Source: Macrostomum lignano
Taxonomy: Eukaryota
DNA: 64,000 nucleotides
Assembly: GCA_002269645.1 (NCBI GenBank)
Contig: NIVC01000835.1
Coordinates: forward strand, 248,001 to 312,000
Direction: 5' to 3'
Shown piece by piece: positions 1 through 12,274 of the stretch (position 1 is its first letter; each line of letters starts with the position of its first letter). The notes under the pieces are model-generated. The model was not told the origin of the DNA, did no database searches, and saw only the letters and a program-made list of their open reading frames with translations. Position numbers and translations under genes: made by a program.

Positions 1-108
1 CTGCAGAAAATGCAGAGGTGTCCGTTTAATACAGTGTATAGGGTGTCCACTGAAAATCAGAGACATACATCTATTATATGGAGTGTTCACTGATAATGGA
101 TATGGTAT

Positions 109-370
109 GGGGTTGAAGCCTAGTGGTTAGACTAGAGCATTGGACTCAGCTTGAAGGTCGGGGGTTCGATTCCCAATCCCACTCTAACAATTTGTGTCCT
201 TGTGAGCAGCTGTAAAATGGGTGCCAGCATTATCTGGGGTAATTGAGGGTGTGTTTGGTGACCCCCCCCCCCAGTCCTTGGACTGAACAGCCGTACACAG
301 CCTTACGCAATAGCTGCGGCTGAGCTGTCGGGGTTGCACATTGGCCCAATCGGGGCAGGTGTGTGTAATT
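109..370 (+). mobile_element. tRNA-derived SINE-like element (family A) in a PTDSS1 intron
   Basis: A-box-like GCCTAGTGGTTAG (~118-130) and B-box GGTTCGATTCC (~163-173), then a non-tRNA body (TGTGTCCTTG...CTGTAAAATGGGT, reminiscent of CORE-type SINE domains) and a (TAT)n-like tail near 370-392. No closed tRNA acceptor stem. Confidence 0.6.
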
Positions 371-573
371 AGTATTATTGTTATTATTATTTACTGATAA
401 TCTGAGATGTCCATCTATTATAAAGGATGGTGTTCGTTTATCATATAGGGTTAGAAATAGATGTTTTGTTTATTATTTTCTGAGTGATTTTTGAAAAACT
501 TGGTACTGCAACGCTTTGTAAAAGCTTTTGTACTTTTAATTTCATCATATATGTATGTAAACTTCTTACGCAG

Positions 574-3500
574 GAATACGCGGCCAATTGCTCCGAAATC
601 ACTCTGTCCAGACTCTATTCTCACCTGGACGTATTCGCCGTTGCTCACCTATTTGGCTGGGTAATGAAAGCCGTATTGCTTAGGCACTACGGTCTAACCT
701 GGCTGCTATCAATCAATTGGGAAATTACCGAGATGGCATTCTCGCATATATTGCCCAACTTTCAAGAGTGCTGGTGGGACATTGTCATTCTAGACGTGTT
801 CGTGTGCAACGGGGTGGGCATTTTTATTGGAATGCAACTGTGCCGCTGGTTGGAAATGCGCAGCTATCACTGGGAGAGCATTCGGTGAGCTTTGTTATCC
901 GTCTTAATGACAGGTTCTGCTAATAATCTCTCTGAGGCTATGCTGATAATCTCTCTGATAGGTTCTGTTGATAATCCCTCTGATAGGTTCTGCTGATAAT
1001 CTCTCTGATAGGTTCTGGTGATAATCTCTCTGCTAGGTTCTGTGGATAAACTCTGAGATTATGTTGATAATCTCTTTTGAGGTTCTGTTGATAAACTCTG
1101 AGATTATGTTGATAATCTCTTTTGAGGTTCTGTTGATAAACTCTGAGATTATGTTGATAATCTCTCTGATAGGTTTTGTTGATGATCTCTCTGAGATGTT
1201 GATAATCTCTAAGATTGTTGATAACGTCTCTAAGATTATGTTGATAATCTCTGAGATTATGTTGATAATCTCTGAGATTATGTTGATAATCTCTGAGATT
1301 ATGTTGATAATCTCTCTGAGATGTTGATAATCTCTAAGATTGTTGATAACGTCTCTAAGATTATGTTGATAATCTCTGAGATTATGTTGATAATCTCTGA
1401 GATTATGTTGATAATCTCTGAGATTATGTTGATAATCTCTGAGATTATGTTGATAATCTCTGAGATTATGTTGATAATCTCTCTGAGATGTTGATAATCT
1501 CTCTGAGATGTTGATAATCTCTCTGAGATGTTGATAATCTCTCTAAGATTGTTGACAACGTCTCTAAGATTATGTTGATAATCTCTCTGAGGTTCTGTTG
1601 ATAATCTCTGAGATTATTTTGATAATCTCTCCGAGATTATGTTGATTTCCTGATAATCGTATGCTTGGGATTGTATAGAAGATTATTTCAGATATTATCC
1701 TAATGTTTCTGCTATTATCTTGAAAACTGTTTTGATAAGTCTTCTTTAGACTCTTTCTACTCGCTCCTATCACAGACTAATAGCTATTTCAGTTCTAACT
1801 TCTGAGTTTCAACGCAAATTTTAAAAAGCGAAATATTTTGTCCCTACGACATTTTTCAGGTCTTTGAGTTCGACTTCCGCTAAAATTAAGCGCGCATTCT
1901 TTCAGTTCACGCCCGGCAGGTATTCAATAATTTGTGACCCTTCTAATTGACTCTGCAAGTCCTATAAGATTTCACACCTTGATTTCCAGTTGGACTCCAA
2001 CCCGCTGGCTCGACCCCGAGAGTTCATTTATGCGCGTTATTGGCGTCTCAATTCTTGTTGTACTGTGGCAAATTGCCGAGCTTAATTGCTTCTTTTTGAA
2101 GCATATTTTCATTGTGCGGCCTGGTCACGTGACCACTATGGCTAGGCTGGCGTTGATATCCGCCATTAGTGCTCCCGGCATCCGGTATGCGATTTTGGGG
2201 AGTTTCTGACATTGGGTTGGTATCCGACCTGACAGGGAGTTTCTGACATTGGGTTGGTGTCCCACCTGACAGGGAGTTTCTGACATTGGGTTGGTGTCCC
2301 ACCTGACAGGGAGTTTATGACGTTGGGTTGGTGTCCCGCCTGACATGGAGTTTCTGACATTGGGGTTGGTGTCCTACCTGACAGGGAGTTTCTAACATTT
2401 GTGTGTTGGTATCCCACCTGACCTATTGTAATGTAATTAAAACGTTGCAGTCAGTACTATCTGTACGTCACGGATCCATTGGTTACACGCGTTGGTACTC
2501 AGCTGTGGCTATTTGTGTAAGCTTTTGCATTCTTGCCCGTTTATACAAGCATGTCAGAAATATTAATGTTAGTCTGTGAATCCATCCCTTACAGCGCAAT
2601 TGTCATCACCGAAGCCATTGTCTGTTTAAAGTTCGGTCGGCACTTTTTTGAAAGAACGGTCACGCTGTACATTGTCCTCTGGGTGATCTACTCGGTAAGT
2701 AGGATCGCGAACTCTAGCTTCGTGTCTATATGGTAGTCAGCGGCCCTGCAAAACAACTGGGAAGGGGACAGCGGCCCAACAAAAGGACCTGGAAGGGGAC
2801 AGTGACCCAACAAAAGGACCTGGAAGGGGACAGTGACCCAACAAAAGGACTTGGGAGGGGACAGTGACCCAACAAAAGGACTTGGGAGGGGACATTGGCC
2901 CAACAAAAGGACCTATAAAAAGGGACACTGAGCCAACAAAAGGACTTGGGAGGGGACATTGGCCCAACAAAAGGACTTGGGAGGGGACATTGGCCCAACA
3001 AAAGGACCTATAAAAAGGGACACTGAGCCAACAAAAGGACTTGGGAGGGGACATTGGCCCAACAAAAGGACCTGGAAAGGGACAGTGACCCAACAAAAGG
3101 ACCTGGAAGGGGACAGTGACCCAACAAAAGGACCTGGAAGGGGACAGTGACACAACAAAAGGACCTGGAAGGGGACAGTGACCCAACAAAAGGACCTGGA
3201 AAGGGGACAGTGACACAACAAAAGGACCTGGAAAGGGGACAGTGACACAACAAAAGGACCTGGAAGGGGACAGTGACACAACAAAAGGACCTGGAAAGGG
3301 GACAGTGACACAACAAAAGGACCTGGAAAGGGGACAGTGACACAACAAAAGGACCTGGAAAGGGGACAGTGACACAACAAAAGGACCTGGAAAGGGGACA
3401 GTGACCCAACAAAAGGACCTGGAAAGGGGACAGTGACACAACAAAAGGACCTGGAAAGAATGCTTGATACAAAGTTACGAGTATTTTTCATGTTTAGAAA

Positions 3501-3708
3501 AATGAAGCTTTGATTGCCCCACTCCCCCGCGCAGGTACTGTCGTCATTTTTCATCGTATTCCTGTGTGTATTCTTTGCTAAGAAGCGGCATAGCAGACAG
3601 CGCGGAATATCTGTCACTGATTATTACCTGAGCAGCGACTATTACGGCATCCGACACGGCGGCGGTGGCGTAACGGCTCCGGATAAGGGGAAGCCAAAGA
3701 AACAGTAG
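574..3708 (+). CDS. PTDSS1: Phosphatidylserine synthase 1-like, 3' part; exons 574-884, 1860-1919, 1990-2184, 2451-2516, 2595-2694, 3535-3708 (302 codons incl. stop); 5' exons lie upstream of the window
   Basis: The spliced translation [33 protein letters not shown]...[19 protein letters not shown]...[25 protein letters not shown]...[10 protein letters not shown]...VGTQLWLF...EAIVCLKFG matches the metazoan PSS family. All junctions are GT-AG and phase-compatible. Confidence 0.93.
905..1625. repeat. Intronic minisatellite, ~21-bp unit GAGATTATGTTGATAATCTCT (self-complementary hairpin unit)
   Basis: Direct tandem copies visible, starting ~20 nt after the donor at 885. Confidence 0.95.
2198..2424. 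repeat. Intronic minisatellite, ~38-bp unit GGGAGTTTCTGACATTGGGTTGGTGTCCCACCTGACAG
   Basis: About 6 copies filling most of intron 2185-2450. Confidence 0.95.
2750..3457. repeat. Intronic minisatellite, 32-33-bp unit CCCAACAAAAGGACCTGGAAGGGGACAGTGA-like
   Basis: About 21 tandem copies in intron 2695-3534. Confidence 0.95.
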
Positions 3709-4434
3709 TTATATGGCTTGCTGCAGGGTCTGGGGCTCTATTCAGTGCGCGCAGTTCTGGCTGTCTTTCAGTTTTATTGTCTGATTTAGTGTCTGCCTGT
3801 GTCAATCTATTTGGCTCTGTCTGTCTGTCTGTCTGTGTTTTAGTGTCTCCGTCTAACCGCTTGTCTGTTTCTTCGTCCATCAATGGTTCTCTAAAGTCTT
3901 TTAATTTGAGGCTTCCAAATGAAGTGAACCGGCACACAATAAACAGCATCCAAGTTTCACTGCCGCACTCATCTCATCTATAGTTCAGAGCCAACGCATC
4001 GATATTTCGATAAGAGATTTTCTCTGTACGTTGCATACTACCAAAAACTTTTCTAATTTATACTTTATCATATGCAATTAATCGAATTATTTTTTGTATT
4101 GGCTTGATTGGCAGATTTTATAGTCTTAGTTTTTTTCATGTAATAGTGCGAATTATTTGGCTGCAAATTATTATTGACAATATTTTATAGTGTATTGATC
4201 CAAATATGCACAAAATAATTTAGCAAATAACCGTATAACGGCACTGCTATGTTTTTAATACCCATCGCAATCTAATCTCCTTTTAGTTTTCTTATTTCGT
4301 CTTTTACATGTACAATGTACATCTCTTTGCTGCGGAATAGCTTCAACCTTTGTTCTATTGTGTACTTGGAGAAAAACCATCATCCCCACAATGTACATTA
4401 GAGTGCATCTATAACAACCCCAACCTCCTCACAA

Positions 4435-5130
4435 GAGTCACAATGCACACTCGTGTGTATCTACAACCCCAAAGTCCCCACAATGTACACTCATGTACGT
4501 CTACAAAAACCCCAGCCTCCCCACAATGTACACTCGTGTGCATCTACAACCCCAGCCTCCCCACAATGTACACTCGTGTGCATCTGCAACCCCAGCCTCC
4601 CACAATGTACACTAGTGTGCATCTACAACAAGCAACAACCCCAGCCTCCCCACAATGTACACTCGTGTGCATCTACAACCCCAGCCTCCCCACAATGTAC
4701 ACTCGTGTGCATCTACAACCCCAGCCTCCCACAATGTACACTCGTGTGCATCTGCAACCCCAGCCTCCCACAATGTACACTAGTGTGCATCTACAACAAG
4801 CAACAACCCCAGCCTCCCCACAATGTACACTCGTGTGCATCTACAACCCCAGCCTCCCCACAATGTACACTCGTGTGCATCTACAACCCCAGCCTCCCCA
4901 CAATGTACACTCGTGTGCATCTACAACCCCAGCCTCCCCACAATGTACACTCGTGTGCATCTACAACCCCAGCCTCCCCACAATGTACACTCGTGTGCAT
5001 CTACAACCCCAGCCTCCCCACAATGTACACTCGTGTGCATCTACAACCCCAGCCTCCCCAAAATGTACACTCCTGTGCATCTACAACAAGCAACAACTCC
5101 AGCCTCCCCACAATGTACACTCGTGTGTCT
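4435..5130. repeat. Intergenic minisatellite, 40-bp unit CAACCCCAGCCTCCCCACAATGTACACTCGTGTGCATCTA
   Basis: Tandem copies between PTDSS1 and RPS23; C-rich on the plus strand. Confidence 0.95.
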
Positions 5131-5814
5131 AGAACAGCCCTAGAATTCCCACAATGTTAATTTAGTACTAACTTATGACGAATTAAAAAATAATTATTTT
5201 TTTAGAGTCTAGTTTTTTAGCATAGGGAATTCTAGTATTTTTATTTTGTTTACAAAATATACGTAGTTCTTACGACCTTCCGTGTAGAATATTCAGCAAA
5301 CATGTTCACCAATCGCATCTTTAACTGTTTGATTTGTAATTTTCTGATCTTTTTCGGAAAAAACCACAAGTACTACTGATATAATGCTGATCTTTTTAGT
5401 CTGCATTTTAGCGATCTGCAATTATTTAATAGCTCGCCAAGATTTAAATTGGGTGCCTTGGTTTAACTAATTTTCATATTTGCGCTTATTCTATTATATA
5501 TGTCAGCCAAATCTGTTCCTCAGTTAATTTTACTATTTTGTACGTCTGTTTAAAATTTGTTTTAATACTTCCAACTGTTTGTCAAAGTTAGTGATTATTT
5601 ATCGCGCTGTTTTTGAATTTGATATTATTATGGATATATGTAGGAGTGCTAATTCTATTGTAATTCATAATTATTAATAATATAACATCTGTTCAATATG
5701 TTTCATACCAACTAGTTATCTTATTTTTCCTCAACTTATTTAGTTATTTCCTATATCCATAACGGAACTGTTCATGCCAATTATATTCTAGAAGAATTTC
5801 AGGTTCTCTATAGG

Positions 5815-7070
5815 TGTGTCAGGGTCTCATGAGTAAGTGTCTGGGTCTCTTGAGTAGTGTCAGGGTCTCTTGAGTATCGTTAGGGTCTCTTGAGTAGTGT
5901 CAGGGTCTCTTGAGTATCGTTAGGGTCTCTTGAGTATCGTTAGGGTCTCTTGAGTATCCTTAGGGTCTCTTGAGTATCCTTAGGGTCTCTTGAGTATCGT
6001 TAGGGTCTCTTGAGTATCGTTAGGGTCTCTTGAGGTGTGTCAGGATCTCTTGGGTAGTGTCAAGGTCTCTTGAGTAGTGTCAAGGTCTCTTGAGTAGTGT
6101 CAAGGTTTCTTGAGGTTTGTCAGGGTCTCTTGAGTAGTGTCAAGGTCTCTTGAGGAGTGTCAGGGTCTCTTGAGTAGTGTCAAGGTCTCTTGAGTAGTGT
6201 CAAGGTCTCTTGAGGTTTGTCAGGGTCTCTTGAGTAGTGTCAAGGTCTCTTGAGGAGTGTCAGGGTCTCTTGAGTAGTGTCAAGGTCTCTTGAGTAGTGT
6301 CAAGGTCTCTTGAGGTTTGTCAGGGTCTCTTGAGTAGTGTCAAGGTCTCTTGAGGAGTGTCAGGGTCTCTTGAGTAGTGTCAAGGTCTCTTGAGTAGTGT
6401 CAAGGTTTATTGAGGTTTGTCAGGGTCTCTTGAGTAGTGTCAAGGTCTCTTGAGGAGTGTCAGGGTCTCTTGAGTAGTGTCAAGGTCTCTTGAGTAGTGT
6501 CAAGGTTTATTGAGGTTTGTCAGGGTCTCTTGAGTAGTGTCAAGGTCTCTTGAGGAGTGTCAGGGTCTCTTGAGTAGTGTCAAGGTCTCTTGAGTAGTGT
6601 CAAGGTTTATTGAGGTTTGTCAGGGTCTCTTGAGTAGTGTCAAGGTCTCTTGAGTAGTGTCAAGGTTTCTTGAGGTTTGTCAGGGTTTCTTGAGTAGTGT
6701 CAAGGTCTCTTGAGTAGTGTCAAGGTTTCTTGAGGTTTGTCAGGGTTTCTTGAGTAGTGTCAAGGTCTCTTGAGTAGTGTCAAGGTTTCTTGAGGTTTGT
6801 CAGGGTCTCTTGAGTAGTGTCAAGGTCTCGAGAGGAGTGTCAGGGTCTCTTGAGTAGTGTCAAGGTCTCTTGAGTAGTGTCAAGGTTTCTTGAGACGTGT
6901 CAGGGTCTCTTGAGGTGTGTCAGGGTCTCTTGAGGTGTGTCAGGGTCTCTTGAGTAGTGTCAGAATCTCTTGAGGTGTGTCAGGGTCTCTTGAGGTGTGT
7001 CAGGGTCTCTTGAGGCGTGTCAGGGTTTCTTGAGGTGTGTCAGGGTCTCTCGGGTAGTGTCAGGGTTTTT
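5815..7070. repeat. Minisatellite, 20-bp unit CAGGGTCTCTTGAGTAGTGT with 60-bp higher-order triplets
   Basis: About 60 copies upstream of RPS23; variants recur in a 3-unit pattern. Confidence 0.95.
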
Positions 7071-7189
7071 CTTTAGGAGTATCATCGAGACACTAAACAG
7101 ACACAGCTTATCACTCGGTCTTTATAGATATTTTAAATTTCCATAGACACAAGTGGCTACTGTTAGTAGGGTATTGAATACATAAACTG

Positions 7190-7206
7190 CCCTTCTCGCC
7201 CCGCAG
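7190..7206 (+). promoter_or_regulatory. Unpaired 3' splice acceptor 5 nt upstream of the RPS23 ATG (5'UTR intron or trans-splice site)
   Basis: CCCTTCTCGCCCCGCAG|CCGCCATG, with AG at 7205-7206. Confidence 0.6.
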
Positions 7207-7211
7207 CCGCC

Positions 7212-7643
7212 ATGGGCAAGCCGGCCGGTATTCGCACAGCCCGCAAGCTACGCAACAACAGACGCGAGCAGCGCTGGGCAGACAAGGACTACAAAAAGTC
7301 TCACCTGGGCACCCGTTGGAAGGCCAACCCGTTCGGCGGCGCGTCCCACGCCAAGGGCATCGTAGTTGAGAAGATCGGCGTTGAAGCCAAGCAGCCTAAC
7401 AGTGCCATTAGGAAGTGCGTCAGAGTTCAGCTGATCAAGAATGGCAAGAAGATCACCGCTTTCGTGCCTAACGACGGCTGTTTGAACTTTATCGAGGAGA
7501 ACGACGAAGTGCTGGTGTCCGGATTTGGCCGGGCCGGCCACGCCGTCGGCGATATCCCCGGCGTCCGGTTCAAGATTGTCAAGGTGGCCAACGTGTCGCT
7601 GTGGGCTCTGTTCCGCGGCAAGAAGGAGCGACCGAGGAGCTAG
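7212..7643 (+). CDS. RPS23: 40S ribosomal protein S23 (uS12), 143 aa, intronless CDS
   Basis: Full-length canonical sequence [13 protein letters not shown]...[13 protein letters not shown]...[15 protein letters not shown]...GDIPGVRFK...KKERPRS, with Kozak GCCGCCATGG. Confidence 0.99.
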   Translation: MGKPAGIRTARKLRNNRREQRWADKDYKKSHLGTRWKANPFGGASHAKGIVVEKIGVEAKQPNSAIRKCVRVQLIKNGKKITAFVPNDGCLNFIEENDEVLVSGFGRAGHAVGDIPGVRFKIVKVANVSLWALFRGKKERPRS

Positions 7644-7914
7644 TTGTGATTGATTGATTGATGTGGTGACGGCCGATGGATAGCTTGATTGATTGCCAAT
7701 GAGCTCAATGATGCCTGCATGATGATAATCGAATACGATGAAAGATTTGAGTTCAGTTCAACTGCTACTGGGATTGGATCAATTGGCTTGCGTTGCTTGT
7801 CTTTTTATTTCTTTGACGTTTTTGTGCAGATTTAGGCCAGATTAAGAGATAAATGAATATAGAGCTTCCATTATAATCGGCCCATCTACCGGCTTTAGAA
7901 TTTCGCCGTATCGG

Positions 7915-9595
7915 CTAAGAATCACCCCAACCCCCATGAATCAGTGCATCCCCAAGAATCAGTGCATCCCCCAAGAATCAGTGCATCCCCAAGAATCAGT
8001 GCATCCCCCAAGAATCACCCCAACCCCCAAAAATCAGTGCACCCCCCAAGAATCAGTGCACCCCCAAGAATCAGTGCACCCCCCAAGAATCAGTGCACCC
8101 CCAAGAATCAGTGCACCCCCCAAGAATCAGTGCACCCACCAAGAATCAGTGCACCCCCAAGAATCAGTGCATCCCCCAAGAATCAGTGCACCCCCAAGAA
8201 TCAGTGCATCCCCCAAGAATCAGTGCACCCCCCAAGAATCAGTGCATCCCCAAGAATCAGTGCACCCCCCAAGAATCAGTGCACCCCCCAAGAATCAGTG
8301 CACCCCCAAGAATCAGTGCATCCCCAAGAATCAGTGCACCCCCCAAGAATCAGTGCATCCCCCAAGAATCAGTGCACCCCCCAAGAATCAGTGCATCCCC
8401 CAAGAATCAGTGCATCCCCAAGAATCAGTGCACCCCCAAGAATCAGTGCATCCCCCAAGAATCAGTGCATCCCCAAGAATCAGTGCACCCCCAAGAATCA
8501 GTGCATCCCCAAGAATCAGTGCATCCCCAAGAATCAGTGCATCCCCAAGAATCGCCATCGCCCAACCCCCAAGAATCGCCCCAACCCCCAACAATCGGCC
8601 CATCCCCCCAAGAATCGCCCCATCCCCCCAAGAATCGCCCCAACCCCCCAACAATCGGCCCATCCCCCAAAAAATCGCTCCACCCCCCTTCCGAGAATCG
8701 CCTCATCCCCCTAAGAATCGCCCCATTCCTCCTAAGAATCGTCCCATTCCCAAAAATCGCCCTATCCCCCCAAGAATCGCCCCATCCCCCCAAGAATCGC
8801 CCCATCCCCCCAAGAATCGCCCCATCCCCCCAAGAATCGCCCCATCCCCAAGAATCGTCCCATCCCCCAAGAATCGCCATCGTCCATCCCCCCAAGAATC
8901 GCCCCATCCCGCCAAAATTCGTCCCATCCCCCAAGAATCGCCCCATCCCCCCAAGAATCGCCCCATCCTCCCAAGAATCGCCCCATCCCCCCAAGAATCG
9001 CCCCATCCCCCAAGAATCGCCCCATCCCCCAAGAATCGCCCCATTTTCCCAAGAATCGCCCCATCCCCCCAAGAATCGCCCCATCCCCCAAGAATCGCCC
9101 CATCCCCAAGAATCGTCCCATCCCCCAAGAATCGCCATCGTCCATCCCCCAAGAATCGCCCCATCCCGCCAAAATTCGTCCCATCCCCCAAGAATCGCCC
9201 CATCCCCCCAAGAATCGCCCCATCCTCCCAAGAATCACCCAATCCCCCCAAGAATCGCCCCATCCTCCCAAGAATCGCCCAATCCCCCCAAGAATCGCCC
9301 CATCCTCCCAAGAATCGCCCCATCCCCCAACAATCGCCCAATCCCCCAAGAATCGCCCCATCCTCCCAAGAATCGCCCCATCCCCCCAAGAATCGCCCCA
9401 TCCTCCCAAGAATCGCCCAATCCCCCCAAGAATCGCCCCATCCTCCCAAGAATCGCCCCATCCCCCCAACAATCGCCCAATCCCCCCAAGAATCGCCCCA
9501 TCCTCCCAAGAATCGCCCCATCCCCCAAGAATCGCCCCATCCCCCAAGAATCGCCCCATCCCCCAAGAATCGCCCCATCCCCCAAAAATGGCCCC
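7915..9595. repeat. Bipartite C-rich minisatellite: CCCCAAGAATCAGTGCAY (~7950-8550) switching to CCCCAAGAATCGCCCCAT (~8550-9590)
   Basis: Two related 18-20-bp units share CCCCAAGAATC; the array fills most of the RPS23-OTUD6B spacer. Confidence 0.95.
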
Positions 9596-9668
9596 ATTCC
9601 TCAATAATGGCGGCAAGTCTGCTTGCAGAACTGCCTTAGTTACAGATAGCCAACAGGCGCCAATCCCA

Positions 9669-10619
9669 ATGGCTGAATTGCAGTCTCCGCCGGAGGAGGA
9701 GGCGCTGCTAGCCCGGCACAAGCAGGAGCAGAAGGCTCTGCAAGCCGAGCTGCAAAGATTAAAGAAAACGACGCCAAAAGGCGACAAGCGGCGTGCCCGC
9801 GAAGTGCAATTGGAATCGTCCCGGCTGCAGGCCGAACTGGACGATCGCCAGTCTGTTGAATTAGCCGAACTTCGAGCCGGCTGTCTCCGTCTGGGCGGCG
9901 GCGAATCTGCCGAGCATAACAATAATAAAAACGGCGCTGACGATAAGAATATTGGAAACAATGGGAGCACTACTGATGCCGATGCTGAAGACCGGCGAGA
10001 GGTTGGTGAAGAAGAAGACGAACAGCTGGCGCCCCAGCAGCAGCAGCAACAGAAGAAGTCCAAAGCGGCCAAGCGTCGCGAGAAGAAAGCCGAAGCGGCC
10101 GCCAAGCAGCGCCAGGAGGCGGAACGTCGCGCCGCCGAAGAAGCCGAGAATCCTAGCGAAAGCGCCATCGAGCTGGCTCGAATCCGGGACCGCCTGTCCG
10201 CTCTGGGCTTCGACTTGCACGAAGTGGCAGCCGACGGCAGCTGCCTGTACGCGGCTGTACAGCACCAGCTGGGCCAGCGGCGCGGCCGGCACGAGTCCGT
10301 AGCGGCACTGCGGCGCCTGGCCGCTGAGGCCATCCGCGCCAGCCCGGGTCACTACGCGCCATTCCTAGACGAAGACGTAGAGCTGGAGGCCTACGCCAAC
10401 TTGGTGGAATCCTCGTCCGAATGGGGCGGCCAGCTGGAGCTGCGGGCTCTGAGCGAAGCCCTCCGGCTGCCCATCCGGGTGCTGCAAGCCGGCCCGCCAG
10501 ATTTGCTAGTTGGCGAAGAGTTCCTCGCCGAGGTTGGCGAAGACGCCACATTGACTGTGACCTTTCATCGTCACCTGATGCGATCTGGGGAGCACTATAA
10601 TTCGGTGAAGCCGAGATAG
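9669..10619 (+). CDS. OTUD6B: OTU-domain deubiquitinase, OTUD6B/Otu2 family, 316 aa, intronless
   Basis: N-terminal EEEALLARHKQEQKALQAELQRLKKTTPKGDKRR, coiled KKSKAAKRREKK segment, and OTU catalytic motifs ADGSCLY, WGGQLELRAL, GEHYNSV. The track ORF start at 9588 lies in the repeat edge; ATG 9669 is the likely start. Confidence 0.92.
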   Translation: MAELQSPPEEEALLARHKQEQKALQAELQRLKKTTPKGDKRRAREVQLESSRLQAELDDRQSVELAELRAGCLRLGGGESAEHNNNKNGADDKNIGNNGSTTDADAEDRREVGEEEDEQLAPQQQQQQKKSKAAKRREKKAEAAAKQRQEAERRAAEEAENPSESAIELARIRDRLSALGFDLHEVAADGSCLYAAVQHQLGQRRGRHESVAALRRLAAEAIRASPGHYAPFLDEDVELEAYANLVESSSEWGGQLELRALSEALRLPIRVLQAGPPDLLVGEEFLAEVGEDATLTVTFHRHLMRSGEHYNSVKPR

Positions 10620-11074
10620 CCGAGATGCAGCATAGAGACTGGGAATCTGTTCGAACTGGCAACTGAGCTCTGGTTGCTGGCTAGTCCTAGTACATAGATT
10701 ATGAAAAAATTTAGGGTTGGAGCAGGGGGGCAGCTTGACCTCCTCTGACCCCCTTGACCTCTCCTGGATAGCTCCCCATGCAATTGCATATCCCCAGACC
10801 AGAGCTTCTCTTGCTAATAATTCAGTCAGCAGATTTCTAATTTTAAATGCGTCCTTGTCAAAAATGGAACTATCAACATTTTTTTATTGAAAACATCCTG
10901 TGCCAGCCTTTATTTTTTATCTAGTGTTGTCTTGTGTGTTGTTAGCTGCAATAGATTTAAATAGTTCTAGGTATTTTGCTGTATCAACCGAGCGATATTT
11001 CGCCAGCCAATTTGAGCCTTGGATGGAGAATGGAGAATCAAGCCGTTAAATACTTGCTTTTCCACATTTGCTTC

Positions 11075-11785
11075 ACAAGTCCCCATTTTGGCTATACACT
11101 ATGGTAGTTGCCCAATAAAACCCCATTTTGGCCATAGACTATGTTGGTTGCTCCACAAGCCCCCATTTTGGCCATAGACTGTTAATTGCTCCATAAGACT
11201 CCATTTTGGCCATAGACTGGTGATTACCCATGAGACTCCATTTATTTGTCCATAGTCTATGATATTTGCTCCATAAGTCCTCATTTTGGCCATAGACTAT
11301 GGTAGTTGCCCCATAAAACACCATTTTGGGCATATACTATGTTGGTTGCTCCATAAGACCCCATTTTGGCCATAGACTATGGTGATTACCCTATAAGACC
11401 CCATTTTGGCCATAGACTATGGTGATTACCGTATAAGACCCCATTTTGGCCATAGACTAGGGTGATTACCCATGAGACCCTATTTATTTGTCCATAGTCT
11501 ATGATAGTTGCTCCATAAGCCCTCATTTTGGCCATAGACTATAGTGATTACCCTATAAGACCCCATTTTGGCCATAGACTATGGTGATTACCCTATAAGA
11601 CCCCATTTTGGCCATAGACTATGGTGATTACCGTATAAGACCCCAATTTTGGCCATAGACTATGGTGACTACCCTATAAGACCCTATTTTGGCCATAGAC
11701 TATGGTGATTACCCTATTAGACCCCATTTTGGCCATAGACTATGGTGATACCCCATAAGACCCCATTTTGGCCATAGACTATGAA
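11075..11785. repeat. Minisatellite, 40-bp unit CCCCATTTTGGCCATAGACTATGGTGATTACCCTATAAGA
   Basis: About 17 copies; contains the palindrome CCATAG-A-CTATGG. Confidence 0.95.
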
Positions 11786-12274
11786 AAGCGTCTTTACTCT
11801 CTCATTAAGGAATGTCTTGCTTATTAGGATTTGGTAACTGACGAAATTTTTTCTAGCTTTGATAAATACATGTAGATGTTTGCTTAGCTTTCGTACGTGT
11901 TATAGTTTCAGGATTATAATTGTGGCCTTGACTTAGTAAAAGTAGTTCTCCTATTTTATTGCTCGCATAACCCGTATTCTACGAGCTATCCCTGTGTTCG
12001 TAGTACCTCTTTGATTCGTCGCCAGTAGCGTGCATGCAGCACGGCTCCGCATTAGCCTAGTCATCTAGCTGCTCGCGGACACTAATGTGTTATATCTGTT
12101 ATCACTGTCTGTTTCACTGTCGGTCTGTGTAATTTTGGCAAAGCTTTGTCACCAGATATAATCGGAATTAATTAGTTTTTTGTGTGCCAATTTTGATTTA
12201 TTGCACTTCTAATATGCCTTTATTAAGTTAGCGGCTTTTCGTGCTTGATGACCTCTGATTACTTAATAAAGAGC

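Noticed and set aside
109-185. tRNA genes at 109-185, ~19140-19175, ~49890-49930, ~52790-52830 and ~61380-61445
   Set aside because: A/B-box-like motifs are present but there is no complete cloverleaf or acceptor stem; better explained as SINE heads or remnants.
7936-9639. Pro-rich 567/504-aa ORFs and antisense Gly/Trp-rich ORFs
   Set aside because: Minisatellite translation artefacts. The same applies to the ORFs over 2.7-3.4, 4.3-5.1, 12.6-14.1, 14.5-15.9, 16.8-18.0, 25-29, 30-31 and 53.6-54.7 kb.
8762-10662. Long antisense ORFs over OTUD6B (also 18043-18534, 23506-23998, 37607-37951, 39159-39545, 50697-51206)
   Set aside because: Shadow ORFs typical of the antisense strand of GC-rich coding exons; no independent homology recognised.
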